From Eledone cirrhosa (lineage: Eukaryota), in assembly GCA_964016885.1 (NCBI GenBank), contig OZ024748.1, positions 52,452,001-52,516,000 of the forward strand: a stretch of DNA of 64,000 nucleotides, read 5' to 3'. The translations under genes and the position numbers were made by a program. This document shows positions 38,688 through 53,375 of this stretch, piece by piece (position 1 is the first letter of the stretch; every line of letters starts with the position of its first letter). The notes beneath the pieces are model-generated. The model ran no database searches. It saw only the letters and a program-made list of their open reading frames with translations, and had not been told where the DNA came from.

Positions 38688-40280
38688 CAGTATTAGTGAT
38701 GGTGGTGGTGGTAGTGGTGATGGCATTAGTAGTATTATTGGTGGATGGTAGTAGTAGTAGTAGTAGTAGCAGTAGTAGTGATGGTGGTGGTATTAGTTTT
38801 ACATTGTTTTTCATTTATTTTCCAGACATGAGATGGGAGTTTATTTGTTTACTTCCCAGACCCTACCCAGACAGCTACTAATATTACTAGACATACAAAC
38901 ACACATGTACACACACACACACACACATATACACACTCACAGACATACACACATATGTATACACACAGACATACACACACATATGCACACACAAATATAC
39001 ATACGCACAAACACACACATATGTATACACACATGCATACACACGCACTTACAGTCACAAACACATACAAATATACATACACACAGACATACATATACAC
39101 AGACATACATATACATACACATATGCACACACAAATATACATACACACAAACACGAATATAGAAACACACATGCATTCACACACACAAACACATACAAAT
39201 ATACATATACCCACACTAACACAGACACACACCATTTCATCTTTCCATGAATTCTTTTGGAGTCCAGAGATAAGATTAGTCAAATCTCTTCTTTTATTGT
39301 TGTTGTTGTGATCTTAGAGTGATGTGTGCTTTGTTTGGTTGGAATCATCCACAAGAGAGGATCATTTGTGAAGATCAGTTAAAAAGACACACAAATATAC
39401 ACATACACACTCACACAAACACATACACACACATTCACACAAAGACACAAACACAAATACACACATACACATACCCACCACAAAAACACACAAACACGTA
39501 CACACACATTCACACAAACCCACCTACACATCACAAAATCACATACACACAAACACATACACACACAAACACATACATACAAACAAACACAAACACACAT
39601 ACATACACACACACACACACAAACACACAAACACAAACGCACACACATACACTCATACACACCTACACATCACAAAATCACATACACACAAACACACATA
39701 CATGCATGCATACAAACACAAACACATACATATTTACACACATTCACAGAAACACCGACACACAAAAACACACGCTCACTCACAAACACATACCCACCTA
39801 CAGAAACACATACACACACAGACACCTACACATACTTGTGCATACACACACATATATATATACAGAGAAGAAATTAACAGTAATAAAAGACAGACAGTCT
39901 GTGGAATGTAAAAGACTAGAGAGGCAAATGAAGGAGTCTTTAATTACCGAAATCAACCATGTGTGGATGTAGAAGAATCTCAGCAGATTTTTGGATATTT
40001 CTAATTTCAAATGAGACAATGTGTGAACTGGAGCGAAGTTGCAACTAACACCCCACCAGCTCTCTCTCTCTCACACACCACATACCCTACACACACACAT
40101 ATTACTCTACCCACCACTGGCACTGTCGCTACCACCCACCATCTCTCTGTTTTGTTTGTTCTCTCGTCTGATTGTTGATTTAGTTTATCAGCATTATCAA
40201 CATAATCAATGCCATTGTTTGTCAAAACCATCATCATCATCATCATCACCATCACAATCGGGGTCATCATCATCATCAGT

Positions 40281-40311
<31 letters not shown>

Positions 40312-40735
40312 CCATCAACAACACCATCACAATGGTGGTCATCATCATCATCATCATCATCATCATCACCATCATCGCCATCAATACCATCATCATCATC
40401 ATGGTTGGTCATCATCATCATCATCATCACCATCAACACCATCATCATCACCATCAACAACACCGTCATCATCATCATGGTCAACAGCATCAACACCGAC
40501 ACCATCACCATGGTCAACACCGCCACCACCATCATCATCATCATCGCCATCATGATCAACACCACCACCACCATCATCATCATCATCAACACCACCACCA
40601 CCACCACCACCACCACCACCACCACCACCACCACCACTATCATCATCAGCATCATTTTTTTCTTCTAATTATTACCTTTGATGTTATTACTAATAATGAA
40701 CAAACAATGAAATCAGTTACAATTATTATTAATAT

Positions 40736-40794
<59 letters not shown>

Positions 40795-40999
40795 ATAATA
40801 TTGCTACTGATGTAGTTGTTTTCTATGTAATCCCCCCCCCACCAGGCACACACGTTTTGTAGCTTGTCCCCCCCCCCCTAATGTCTCCTCAACCATCGCC
40901 TTTGTGGCAATAATAACTATTATTATTATTAGTAGTAGTAGTAATAAAGAAATCATTATTAGTAGTAGTAGTAATAGTAGCAGTGGTGGCAGTAGCAGC

Positions 41000-41045
<46 letters not shown>

Positions 41046-41090
41046 ATAGTAGTAGTAGTAGTAGTGGTGGTGGTGGTAGTAGTAGAAGTT

Positions 41091-41123
<33 letters not shown>

Positions 41124-41154
41124 TTACCCAACATCATTAACTTTTTATTGTATA

Positions 41155-41210
<56 letters not shown>

Positions 41211-41744
41211 TAACAATGATAATGATAAAAATAACAATAATGTTGTGACTGATGTTGCTATTGTGGATATTATTATTTTCATCTACTTCATCATCATCGT
41301 CGTCATCATCATCATCGTCATCATCGTTATCATCATCATCATCATCATCACCAGCAGCAGTAGTTTATATAACTAATTTAATCAATAACATTAAATTTAC
41401 TAGTATTGTAAAGTTTTACAAACTTCATCATCATCATCATTAACATCACTGCCTTCTACACTGTCAACAGCAACAACAACAACAACAACCATCAACAAAC
41501 ATTTGTTATATTTATCATATTAATTATCCTGTTCTTGTTACAGTCGCTATTATAATCATAACCAGAACCACCAGCAATAGCACCACACCACTGCCACCAC
41601 CACACCCCCATCCTCACCACAACCCCCTCCCCAATGCCCCCCCCCCCCACCATAGTACTGCCACCACTAATACCATACCACCATCATTATCATCACAAAA
41701 TCACCCCCACCATCATCACCACCAATACCACCTTCATCAATAGC

Positions 41745-42250
41745 ACACCACCACCACCACCACCACCACTACAACACCATCACCCCTTCATCAACACCAC
41801 CACCACCACTACAACACCACCATCACCCCTTCATCAACACCACCACCACCACCACCACTACAACATCACCATCACCCCTTCATCAACACCACCACCACCA
41901 CCACCACTACAACACCACCATCACCCCTTCATCAACACCACCACCACCACCACCACCACTACAACACCACCATCACCCCTTCATCAACACCACCACCACC
42001 ACCACCACCACTACAACACCACCATCACCCCTTCATCAACACCACCACCACCACCACCACTACAACACCACCATCACCCCTTCATCAACACCACCACCAC
42101 CACCACCACTACAACACCACCATCACCCCTTCATCAACACCACCACCACCACCACTACAACACCACCATCACCCCTTCATCAACACCACCACCACCACCA
42201 CTACAACACCACCATCACCTCTTCATCAACACCACCACCACCACCACCAT
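41745..42250. repeat. Compound minisatellite accatcaccccttcatcaac(acc)n-actacaac
   Basis: About 10 units with variable ACC number. Confidence 0.9.
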
Positions 42251-43632
42251 CACTACCACACCACCATCATCATCATCAACAACAACATTATTATTATTAT
42301 AAGTGGATTAAAATAAAATTTATTTTCATCCTATATCATATATCAGCTCAAATATACTTGATACAGGTTAACATCTGTATTCTGCAGAGTATTATTTATT
42401 GAAAATGTTATTCAGGTACAACACTAAGTATATTATAGTCAAGATTAAGGAGATGATGATGAGTATCAGCATCTTCATCTTCTTTTTCGACTACTTATTC
42501 CTGAGAGGGGTCGTAGGGGCAGAGTCTCAAACACTCTTTCCAGTAGGTCCTGTCTAACTGATCTGTTTGGATCATTAAGCAAGACCAGCCAAGCTCATTG
42601 ATGTTATCCAACCATCTTGCTTGGGGTCTACCCCTGGGTTTCTTGCCAGTTGGTTTTGTCTATAAAATCTGTCCAGCAATTCTTTCCCAAGACATTCTAA
42701 CCACATCCCCATAGTATCGGGTTTGCGATCTCTGAGACATCCGTAAATATGAAGATTATAACAAGCCAAAAATATATTTAAGGAAAAAATATAATTTTAC
42801 TTACATAATTGTTCATACTGTATTTTCACCATGATTACAAACCTAGCTGGTTAACATATTTAATTAACCAGTTAAAACTACATAATTTGTTAGTTGACTA
42901 GTCTTATCATCATCATCATTTTATGTCTGCTTTTCCCTGCTTGCAAGAGTGGGACGGGTCCTATTCAGCACACCATCTCTCCACTGGTCACGGTCCTTCG
43001 TCATCTCCTCCGTGAGTTTCGGCGATCTAAGGTCTCCTCTCACCACCTCCGCCCATGTTTTTCCTGGTCTTCCTCTACTGTGTCTTCCTTCCACTGGGAT
43101 TTCTTAAGATATACTAATTAACAGCTATTGCAAGATATCTCTAATGAATTTGTCTGTGTTTGAAATAACGTTTAGACTGGACAGCTGTTACAGCTGAAAT
43201 AAAAACGTAATGTTATGAACACCACTTATAAAGTTAAATAGCTATTAATGAGAGGAACTATGAAGTTAGAAACAGCTTATGTTATCCTTAAAAAATTTAA
43301 CAACTCAAACTGAAATTAATTTAATTAATTAACTAAAAGTGTGTAGCTACATTATAAAAGTGGATTAAAATGGATTAAAATAAATATTGTATTTTGCAGA
43401 GCGGATCTGACGCCATGCTTTGCAGCATAGAGTTACGACCCCTTACGGTCGGAGTTCAAATCCTGCAAAGGTTAACTTTGCCTTTCATCCTTACTGGGTT
43501 CATAAAATAAAGCACCAGTAATGCACTGGATAATTGCTGGCCTTGTGCCAAAAGTAGAAATAATTATTCAAAATATTCAGGTACAACACTAAGTATTTTA
43601 CAATTAAGATTAAGTATATATATATATATATA

Positions 43633-43922
43633 CATGTAAAGTTATATTTAAAATTGTTGGGTTACAACTAGTAAATATTTATAACTGATATAAAAGCACT
43701 CGACAAATACTTGGAGTATATTTACAATATTAAATAAATGGAAAACTATATTTATAAAACCATATCTATTTCATTATATATATTTCGGGGATATCATAAA
43801 CTGTTTATATTGTATTTTGTCTGATGAAGGCATAGCATATTGTTAATATGATATCCCCGAAATATATATAATGAAATAGATATGGTTTTATAAATATAGT
43901 TTTCCATTTATTTAATATTGTA
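43633..43922. mobile_element. Second family-A fold-back with a hammerhead at 43813-43878 (+)
   Basis: Minus copy with tail at 43633-43798, then plus copy at 43799-43922: tattttgt CTGATGA a ggcatagcatatt gtt aatatgatatccc c GAAA tatata TA atgaaata. It sits in (TA)n. Confidence 0.85.
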
Positions 43923-43979
43923 TATATATATATATATATAAATTACAGAATAATCAAAACTATGTTCAAAACATTTTAT

Positions 43980-44026
43980 TGCTGACAATCGTTTCTTCCA
44001 AACTTTCGTTTGGAATCATCGGAGCA
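43980..44026 (-). ncRNA. Type I hammerhead motif (U4 to C) in a Penelope-type 3' end (~43941-44250)
   Basis: Minus strand: tgct CCGATGA ttccaaac gaaa gtttggaa GAAA cgattg TC agca, overlapping AATAAA. Stem II is a perfect 8 bp. Confidence 0.75.
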
Positions 44027-44629
44027 TTAGCAAAGTTTAGACATATAATTAACCTCCTATTCCACGGAACAATTGTAAAGATACATAGATATTACTGTTG
44101 TCAACTAACAGTGTCATATTTAAAGAGTAAAGATGATGTGGTCAATATCAGTGGATGTGACAAAGATTATAAAATAATAATACAACAATTATAGAAGAAT
44201 TAAAGAAGAAAGTTACTCGCAAGATGAGGACATTAACGGTACATAGGCAAATATATATATATTATAAATATATATATATTATATATATATATATATTATA
44301 TATATATATTATATATATATATTATATATATATATTATATATATATATTATATATATATATTATATATATATATTATATATATATATTATATATATATAT
44401 TATATATATATATTATATATATATATTATATATATATATTATATATATATATTCACACTGTAAATGTGGTTGGTGTTAGGAAGGGCATCCAGCTGCAGAA
44501 AACCCGCCAGACAGTCCTATGCGAGCAAGACAACCACTCTTGCCTCAAGTGGGAAAACCCCCGTCCAAACCCATGCAAGCGTGGAACACGGACGTTAAAC
44601 GTTGATGATGATGATGATGATGATATATA

Positions 44630-44745
44630 GTAATAATAATAAATTTGAAGACTAAAATCCAAAGAGCACTCAATAAGGATAAATATATATCAAATATATA
44701 AGAATGATAGAGCAAATATTTATTAAAATAACAGATTAAAGTTTA
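44630..44745 (-). mobile_element. Penelope-type tail fragment (homologue at 48425-48512, +)
   Basis: AATAAA...ttatccttattgagtgctctttggattttagtcttcaaatttatta is shared by both copies. Confidence 0.65.
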
Positions 44746-44927
44746 AGCAAAGAATTTTGATTTCATTCTTTCCTTAAGTCAGTACATTTATTCATCATTC
44801 TATAATACTAGTTGTTTCTTAACTTGGTATAAGGAAATGTTTGTATATCATTTAAATTTGCATATATATATGTGTGTATGTGTATATATATATATATATA
44901 TACATATTTATGTGTGTGTATATATAT

Positions 44928-44962
<35 letters not shown>

Positions 44963-44982
44963 GTTTTAATATAGATGAGATA

Positions 44983-45020
<38 letters not shown>

Positions 45021-45047
45021 CATATTTATGTGTGTGTATATATATGT

Positions 45048-45082
<35 letters not shown>

Positions 45083-45245
45083 GTTTTAATATAGATGAGA
45101 TATGTGTGTGTGTGTGTATATATATATCATTCACTTTTTTATAATGACTGAATGCTCGATTTTATTCTCTGAATTTTATCTAAGCTGTTTTTAAGAGATT
45201 TTATATCAATCATGATATCCTTAACTTTGAATATAATAATACATA

Positions 45246-45298
<53 letters not shown>

Positions 45299-45341
45299 GC
45301 TGGCAGTATGGGCTGGGTGCTTTTTGCCGTGTCTTTTACAC

Positions 45342-45376
<35 letters not shown>

Positions 45377-45507
45377 GGTGTTAGGAAGGGCATCCAGCTG
45401 TAGAAAACCTGCCAGACAGTCCTATGCGAGCAAGACAATCACTCTTGCCTCAAGTTGGAAAACCCCCGTCCAAACCCATGCAAGCATGGAACACGGACGT
45501 TAAACGT

Positions 45508-45538
<31 letters not shown>

Positions 45539-45869
45539 ATATATATATATATATATAGTGTAAAAGACACGGCAAAAAGCACCCAGCCCATACTGTAAAG
45601 TGGACATGTAAAAGACATGGAAAATGCATCCAGTCCACACTGTAAGTGTGGTTGGCATTAGGAAGGGCATCCAGCTGTAGAAAACCAGCCAGAAACACCC
45701 CTATTTGAGCAAGAAACGGTCACCCGACACAACTTGCCTTAAAATAGGACCCATCTAATCCATGCTAACATGGAAGATGGACGTTAATCGATGATGATAT
45801 ATTTATATATATATATATACATATATACACACTAATGTTACATGTCATACAAAGAGAAACTTGGGGAGA

Positions 45870-46035
45870 ATACCATTGCTACAGTAACAATAGATGACCA
45901 ACACACACTTTGCTTATTATTAAGTATAATATCTGGGCATGAATGTTCCATTTGTATATTTATTTGAATCTTCATATCCCAGACTTTTACATGGTTATAT
46001 TTGAGGACAGTTTCTAGTTTATGGTCAGACTGCAT
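45870..46035 (-). mobile_element. R4/Dong-clade (restriction-like endonuclease) non-LTR fossil
   Basis: DHKLETVLKYNHVKVWDMKIQINIQMEHSCPDIILNNKQSVCW matches the HxPE.V.E....K..WD..IQTD..I.H.RPDI motif. Confidence 0.7.
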
Positions 46036-46453
46036 TTCTGCATTTTACACATTACAATTTAACCCTTTATCATTCACATTATATATACTATTATATTTTC
46101 ATGGTAAATGCTTTATCTTGCATAATATTTCACATAATATCGAATCTATGAGATTTTGAAAGTATTTATTTTGAGAACAATACCTTAACATCAGTTTGAG
46201 TGACCAGTTACAGCCAGTTTCAACAGAAACAGGTAGAGAATTCTGGCCGGTTTTAACATTAAAGGGTTAAGATTGCAACAACTCTATCACATTTCTAGTT
46301 CTTATAATATAATTTTTAGCAAGCATCTTGCGTTTACAATGTATATAAACCTTACTACTACTACCAAAACTATTACTACTACAACAACAACAACTATTAC
46401 TACTAATAATTCTACTACTACTAATATTTCTACTACTACAACTACTAATATTT

Positions 46454-46486
<33 letters not shown>

Positions 46487-48281
46487 GTACTAGAACTACT
46501 ACCACTACTACTACTACTACTACTACTTGTTTGAGAATTTGTCATTGTTATTATCATCCTCATCTTCATCATTATTATTATCATTATGCCTCTTGAAAAA
46601 GGAATTAATATTACAATTTCCCATTCTATTCTCGTACAAATCTCAGGTTTTATACCTATACAAGAAACTATTTTGGTTTTCATCATCATCATCATCATAA
46701 TAGTAATATTGATAATAGTATGTATGAAGTGAAATAACTGAGTCATAAGTTTATTCCTTGCCACAGGCACTGCACTCTGCCCTACAGCAAGACATTACTT
46801 GTCAAAAGTATTATGCTTATTAAGAAAATATCATTATTATTATGACCCCTACTACAATTGTTGTTGTTGTTGCTGTTGCTGTTGTTGTTGTTATGTTCTT
46901 TCACACTCATTAATATTATTCTTATCATCTTTATCACTAACAGAGTCTGAAAGAAGAATCTAAATGGCCAGCAAGACAGGGCTTAAAATTAAAACATATA
47001 TATGTGTGTGTGTCTGTGAATACATGTCTGTGTATGCATATATATATATCATTTCATCTCATCATATATATATATGTTTGTGTGTCTGTGTGTATATATG
47101 TGTGTATATATATATATGTGTGCATGTATGTGTAAGTGGGTGTGTACATGTATATATATGTGTGTATGTGTGTATATGTGTATATATATGTATGTGTATG
47201 AAATGTGTGTGTGTGTGTAACATATGATAGATTGTCACTGTGTCTGGGTAAGAGAAAGACACATGAATAGCTGAATTTTTGGTACCACTTGGAACATATT
47301 TAACAAGATCCTCTCCTTAATCACCTGGAGCTTATAACTACCAGATCTGCTTCCCTGAGAGACTGCACATATTGCAGAAACCTGTAGTGTCCATAATAAT
47401 CATCATTTCGTATCTGCTATTCCATGCTTGGATGGGTCGAATGGGTCTTTTTCAGTACAGCATCTCTCCACTCATCACATTCATTTGTCCACGCTTCTGT
47501 GAAATTCAGCAATTTGCAATCAGCAATAATTCCTTGATGCATAATTCCTTTCCTCTTTCCAATATCTACGTTTAACCATTCTAATTTAGCCAACTTGATG
47601 AGGGAATATACGTCACTGAAGAGATCTAATAAGATGAAACATGTCCATAGTTTTGATCAAGATGGTTTATGGAAAAGGTTCATTCACACTGCATTATTTT
47701 AAATTGTTCCAAAAGGCTGTAGAATTTCTCTCCCTTGATTGCTTCTCAATACCTGAACGCTCGTAAAAGGAGTTTGTCTTGAAATTGCAAGGATAGTTTT
47801 AGATGATTGAATGTTTTTCCCAATCACCATAATGAGATTATTTTTATCTATATACATAATAGTTATTTCAGCGTGATTTTATATTACAAACGATTGAACC
47901 CTTGATATGTAAACAGGGATAATTTATCTAAGTTAATTGCTGATATAATTAAAATACTAAAACATGTACCAGTTTCATAGACATTATTGGCAAAAGTACA
48001 TCTCCATTATTACCACATGTACATGCATCTTATGCTAAATCATCAGCTTTGAACTGCTGATTAGGCTAGTGTATGAACCCATGAGGTCACACAAGCAACT
48101 GAGGCATCCAGAAGACCAGGTGGTGAGACAACCTTGAAAGAAAGAAATGTTCACCTCAACTGGCTCAGCATTGTCAAAGGTGGCACAGATCAGGGAAGGC
48201 CTATATCCAACAATGGACTCCAGGGCTGAAGATGATAAGATGATTATGATATTAATAATATCATGCATATATATATATATT

Positions 48282-48312
<31 letters not shown>

Positions 48313-48532
48313 ATATCAAGACACTATTGCCAAAACTTCAAAGTCACTGCCACCTTTTTTTTAGAAAATGAAACAAACTCAGTTCAAATGAACTGGGAGC
48401 TCATTCAGTTAACATTTTTTCTATGGTTTGCTCTATGGTTCTTATATATTTGATATATATTTATCCTTATCGAGCCCTCTTTCGATTTTAGTCTTCAAAT
48501 TTATTATTATTACTATATATATATATATATAT

Positions 48533-49105
48533 CAGAGAGCTTATACCACTATTAGCCGCTAAAGGGTTCTCCCTAAAAATGAAAGGCAGGTTGTATGATG
48601 CCTGCATACGAACAGCAATGTTGCATGGCAGTGAGACCTGGGCATTGTGTGCAGAGGATATACGCAGACTAGAGAGAAATGAAGCTTGCATGCTCCGTTG
48701 GATGTGTAATAGTAATATACGTGAACGGCAAAGCATAAACGAACTAAGGAAAAAATTAGAAATAAGAGGGATCAGATGTTGTTTACTCGAGAGAAGGCTA
48801 CGTTGGTATGGTCACGTGATGCGCATGAAAGACGATAGCTGTATAACAAAGTGCAGGGCAATAAAGATAGACGGTAGCCACGGAATAGGCAGACCCAGAA
48901 AAACCTGGGACGAGCTGATAAATTCCGACCTCACACACTTACACCTCACCAAGACAATGTCACTGGACCGAGATCTTTGGCGGTACTCAGTAATAGAGAA
49001 GACCCGCCTTACCTAAATACATAGTAAAACCTACTACAGTCAGTTGGCATCTCTAACAAAATACACCCCCGTGGAAAATAGATGTTAAATGGTGATGATG
49101 ATGAT
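48533..49105 (+). mobile_element. RTE-clade LINE, 5'-truncated, with intact ORF2 C-terminus (stop at 49016)
   Basis: KGRLYDACIRTAMLHGSETW...RLERNEACMLRWMC...RRLRWYGHVMRM...GRPRKTW, then a 3' UTR ending gatgatgat. Confidence 0.92.
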
Positions 49106-49318
49106 TCATATATATGTGAGTCCTGATTTCGATTGGGGGTAACCATAGTTAGTAAGGTACTCAATACATTAGTAGAGTGCAAACATCAAGTTTAATATAG
49201 AAATGGCTTTCACAGGACTAGAAGTGTTTTATTAAAAAAAGCTTTCCTAATGATTTCTTCCATGAGCTGAGGCGTTTATACACACACACGTCTGTGTGTG
49301 TGTGTGTGTCTATAAATA

Positions 49319-49378
<60 letters not shown>

Positions 49379-49392
49379 TATGTATACGTACA

Positions 49393-49430
<38 letters not shown>

Positions 49431-49470
49431 TATGTATACGTACATGTGCATATATATATATATATATATA

Positions 49471-50374
49471 TAAGTATATATACGTACATAGATATATGTA
49501 TACAGGCGTACAGTAGTATGTATATATATATACATACATGCACACATATATATATGTACGTATGGATTTACCGAACATTTATTATAATGCTCGGTGTGTT
49601 TGTAAACAAACATCCCGAATTAAGCCGTACAGTGTCTAGCAACCATCGTTGCTCGTTTGTTCAACACTGACAAAGGTAACTAGTACACCGTTCCTTTGTC
49701 AGTATTGAACAAATGAGCAACGATGGTTGCTAGACTGTACGGCTTAATTTGGGATGTTTGTTTACAAACACACCGAGCATTATAATAAATGTTCGGTGAA
49801 TCCATACGTACATATATATATGTGTGCATGTATATATATATACATACTACTATACGTCTGTATACATATATGTATGTACGTATACATACTTATATTTAAG
49901 TAACAGCCGTACTAAGAGTGAGAAATGAAATTTCATTTCATTTTTTCCGTTTATCGTTTTCGGTATGCCCGGCCGATTAACTCACTCGATATGCAAATAA
50001 GGCTACTCAGCCATTAATATGCATAAGGAAAGTATATACTTTCAGACGTTCAATCATCTGGCAGGAAGGTATATGTTGCTGATGATAGCTAATAAGCTTG
50101 AAACTAGTACATCGTTCCTTTGTCAGTATTGAACAAATGAGCAACGATGGTTGCTGGACACTACGGCTTAATACGGGATGTTTGTTTACAAACACACCGA
50201 GCATTATAATAAATGTTCGGTGAATCCATACGTACATATCTATATATGTGTGCATGTATGTATATATATATACATACTACTATACGTCTGTATACATATA
50301 TGTATGTACGTATACATACTTATATTTAAGTACTAAGAATGAGAAATGAAATTTTGTTTAATTTTTTCCGTTTA
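49471..50374 (+). mobile_element. Non-coding retrozyme-like/Penelope-type element: inverted arm plus ~1.6 tandem ~424-bp units
   Basis: Inverted arm 49471-49676; direct copies start at ~49678 and ~50102. Hammerhead at 50061-50124: atatgttg CTGATGA t agct aata agct t GAAA ctag TA catcgttcc. Flanked by (TA)n. Confidence 0.85.
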
Positions 50375-50384
50375 TATATATATT

Positions 50385-50563
<179 letters not shown>

Positions 50564-50782
50564 ATATATAAGGAATACTCCTGCAACTATACTGAATAAG
50601 ATACTTGAGATCTGAAGATAATACAATAATAAAATTTCAACAAAAAGATGTAAGAAATGCCCTTTAAGACCTTAAGAATCAGAGTGTGTGGGTGGTGTGT
50701 GTGTGAGTGTGGGTGGTGTGGGTATGTGGATGGGATTAGTTTGGAGAACAATAATGGCTCCAGCTCACTCTCAACCTCTTTG

Positions 50783-50853
<71 letters not shown>

Positions 50854-50940
50854 AATAAATATATATATATATAAATAGAGAGAGAGGTATATATATATAT
50901 ATATATATATAAATATATATATATAAATAGATGGAGAGAA

Positions 50941-50972
<32 letters not shown>

Positions 50973-51464
50973 AAAATAGATAGATAGGTAAATATATACA
51001 TATAAATAGATTGATAAGTATATATATATAGAGAGAGAGAGAACTAAATATACAAATGAAGAAATAAATAACCAAAAATTATTTTTAAAAAAAAATAATA
51101 GTGAAATGCTAAATAAATAAAATATAATAAAATAAATAAGTAAATATATTGAGACAGAAGGAAAATAAAATCCAAAGTTAACTAGAAGAAAATGATGTCC
51201 TTTATTTGAGAAGTTTGCAGAGAGCTAATACTTTGGCTAAGCAGTAGGGCAATCTAATGTTCATGAAATTATTATTTATTCGTCGTGATTACAGCCTCGA
51301 GATTATGTGAGCAATTATATTGCATTAAAGGAGATCACAGCAAAGCAATAACTCACTTATTAAGTTGTTAACTCATCCTCAATATGCCAGATGCCAAGTT
51401 GGTGAGGCCACATTGACTACATGCTTATAGTAATACAAAAGTAAATGTAACATACACTCATTCA

Positions 51465-52155
51465 CAATACACAGATATATATATACACAGATATATATCT
51501 ATATATACACACACAGATATATATATGTATACACACACACACAGATATACATACACAGATATATATGTCTACACACACACACAGACATACAGATACATAT
51601 ATACACTCACACACACATACACAGATATATATGTATACACACACACACACACACAGATATACATATACATACACAGATACATATGTATACACACACACAG
51701 ACATACAGATACATATGTACACTCACACACACATACACAGATATATATGTATACACACACACACACACAGACATACAGATACATGTGTACACTCAAACAC
51801 ACATACACAGATATATATGTATACACACACACACACACAGACATACAGATACATGTGTACACTCAAACACACATACACAGAAATATATGTATACACACAT
51901 ACACACACACACACAGATATACATACACAGATACATATGTATACACACACACACACAGACATACAGATACATATGTACACTCACACACACATACACAGAT
52001 ACATATGTATACACACATACACACACACATATATATATGTATACACACACACACACACACACAGATATACATACAGATACATATGTATACACACACACAC
52101 ACACACACATACAGATACATATGTACACTCACACACACATACACAGATATATATG

Positions 52156-52191
<36 letters not shown>

Positions 52192-52740
52192 TATACATAC
52201 ACAGATACATATGTATACACACACACACACACACACACACAGACATACAGATACATATGTACACTCACACACACATACACAGATATATATGTATACACAG
52301 ACACACACACACAGATATACATACACAGATACATATGTATACACACAGACACACACACAGACATACAGATACATATGTACACTCACACACACATACACAG
52401 ATATATATGTATACACAGACACACACACACAGATATACATACACAGATACATATGTATACACACAGACACACACACAGACATACAGATACATATGTACAC
52501 TCACACACACATACACAGATATATATGTATACACACACACACACACACACACACAGATATACATACACAGATACATATGTATACGCACACACAGACATAC
52601 ATACACACACGCAGAGACACATGCACACACACACACACACAATACATAGATAAATGTACATACACATATATACACAGACCATAGAGACACATGCACACAC
52701 AATACACAGATAAATATGCACACACACACACACACACTCT
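51465..52740. repeat. Compound CA/TA minisatellite with higher-order periodicity
   Basis: Recurring cagacatacagatacatatgtacactcacacacacatacacagata blocks. Confidence 0.9.
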
Positions 52741-52811
52741 CTCTAACAGACACATACGCACTCACACAAAGTTTTAAAAAGTAAAAATCGTAGATCAGGT
52801 TTCTTTCTATT

Positions 52812-52976
52812 TGATGATGACGATGATGATGATGATGATGACGATGATGATGATATTGATGATGATGATATTGATGATATTGATGATGAGGATATTGATG
52901 ATGATGATGATGATATTGATGACGATGATATTGATGATATTAATGATGATGATGATGATGATGATATTGATGATAT

Positions 52977-53013
<37 letters not shown>

Positions 53014-53375
53014 ATTGATGATGATGATGATATTGATGATATTGATGATGATGATGATATTGATGACGATGAGATTGATGATGATAACGATGATGATAAT
53101 GACGATGATATTGATGATGATGATATTGATGATGATGATGACGATGATATTGATGATGATGATGATGATGATGATGATAATGACGATGATATTGATGATG
53201 ATGATGATGATGATGATGACGATGATATTGATGATGACGATGATATTGATGATGATGATGATGATAACAAGAGTGGGGAGGTTCTCACCAGTGATGATCG
53301 TTATTATTATGATGATGATGATGATGATAATGATAATGATGAGGTTGATGACGGCAACAGTGATGATGATGATGA
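52812..53375. repeat. (GAT)n microsatellite
   Basis: Direct inspection. Confidence 0.95.

Noticed and set aside
47616-47645. Hammerhead-like CTGAAGA gatct aata agat GAAA catg TC
   Set aside because: Stems II and III fit, but stem I does not pair and there is no AATAAA/tail/TA context. At best a decayed remnant. The ctgatga at ~37465 likewise lacks GAAA.
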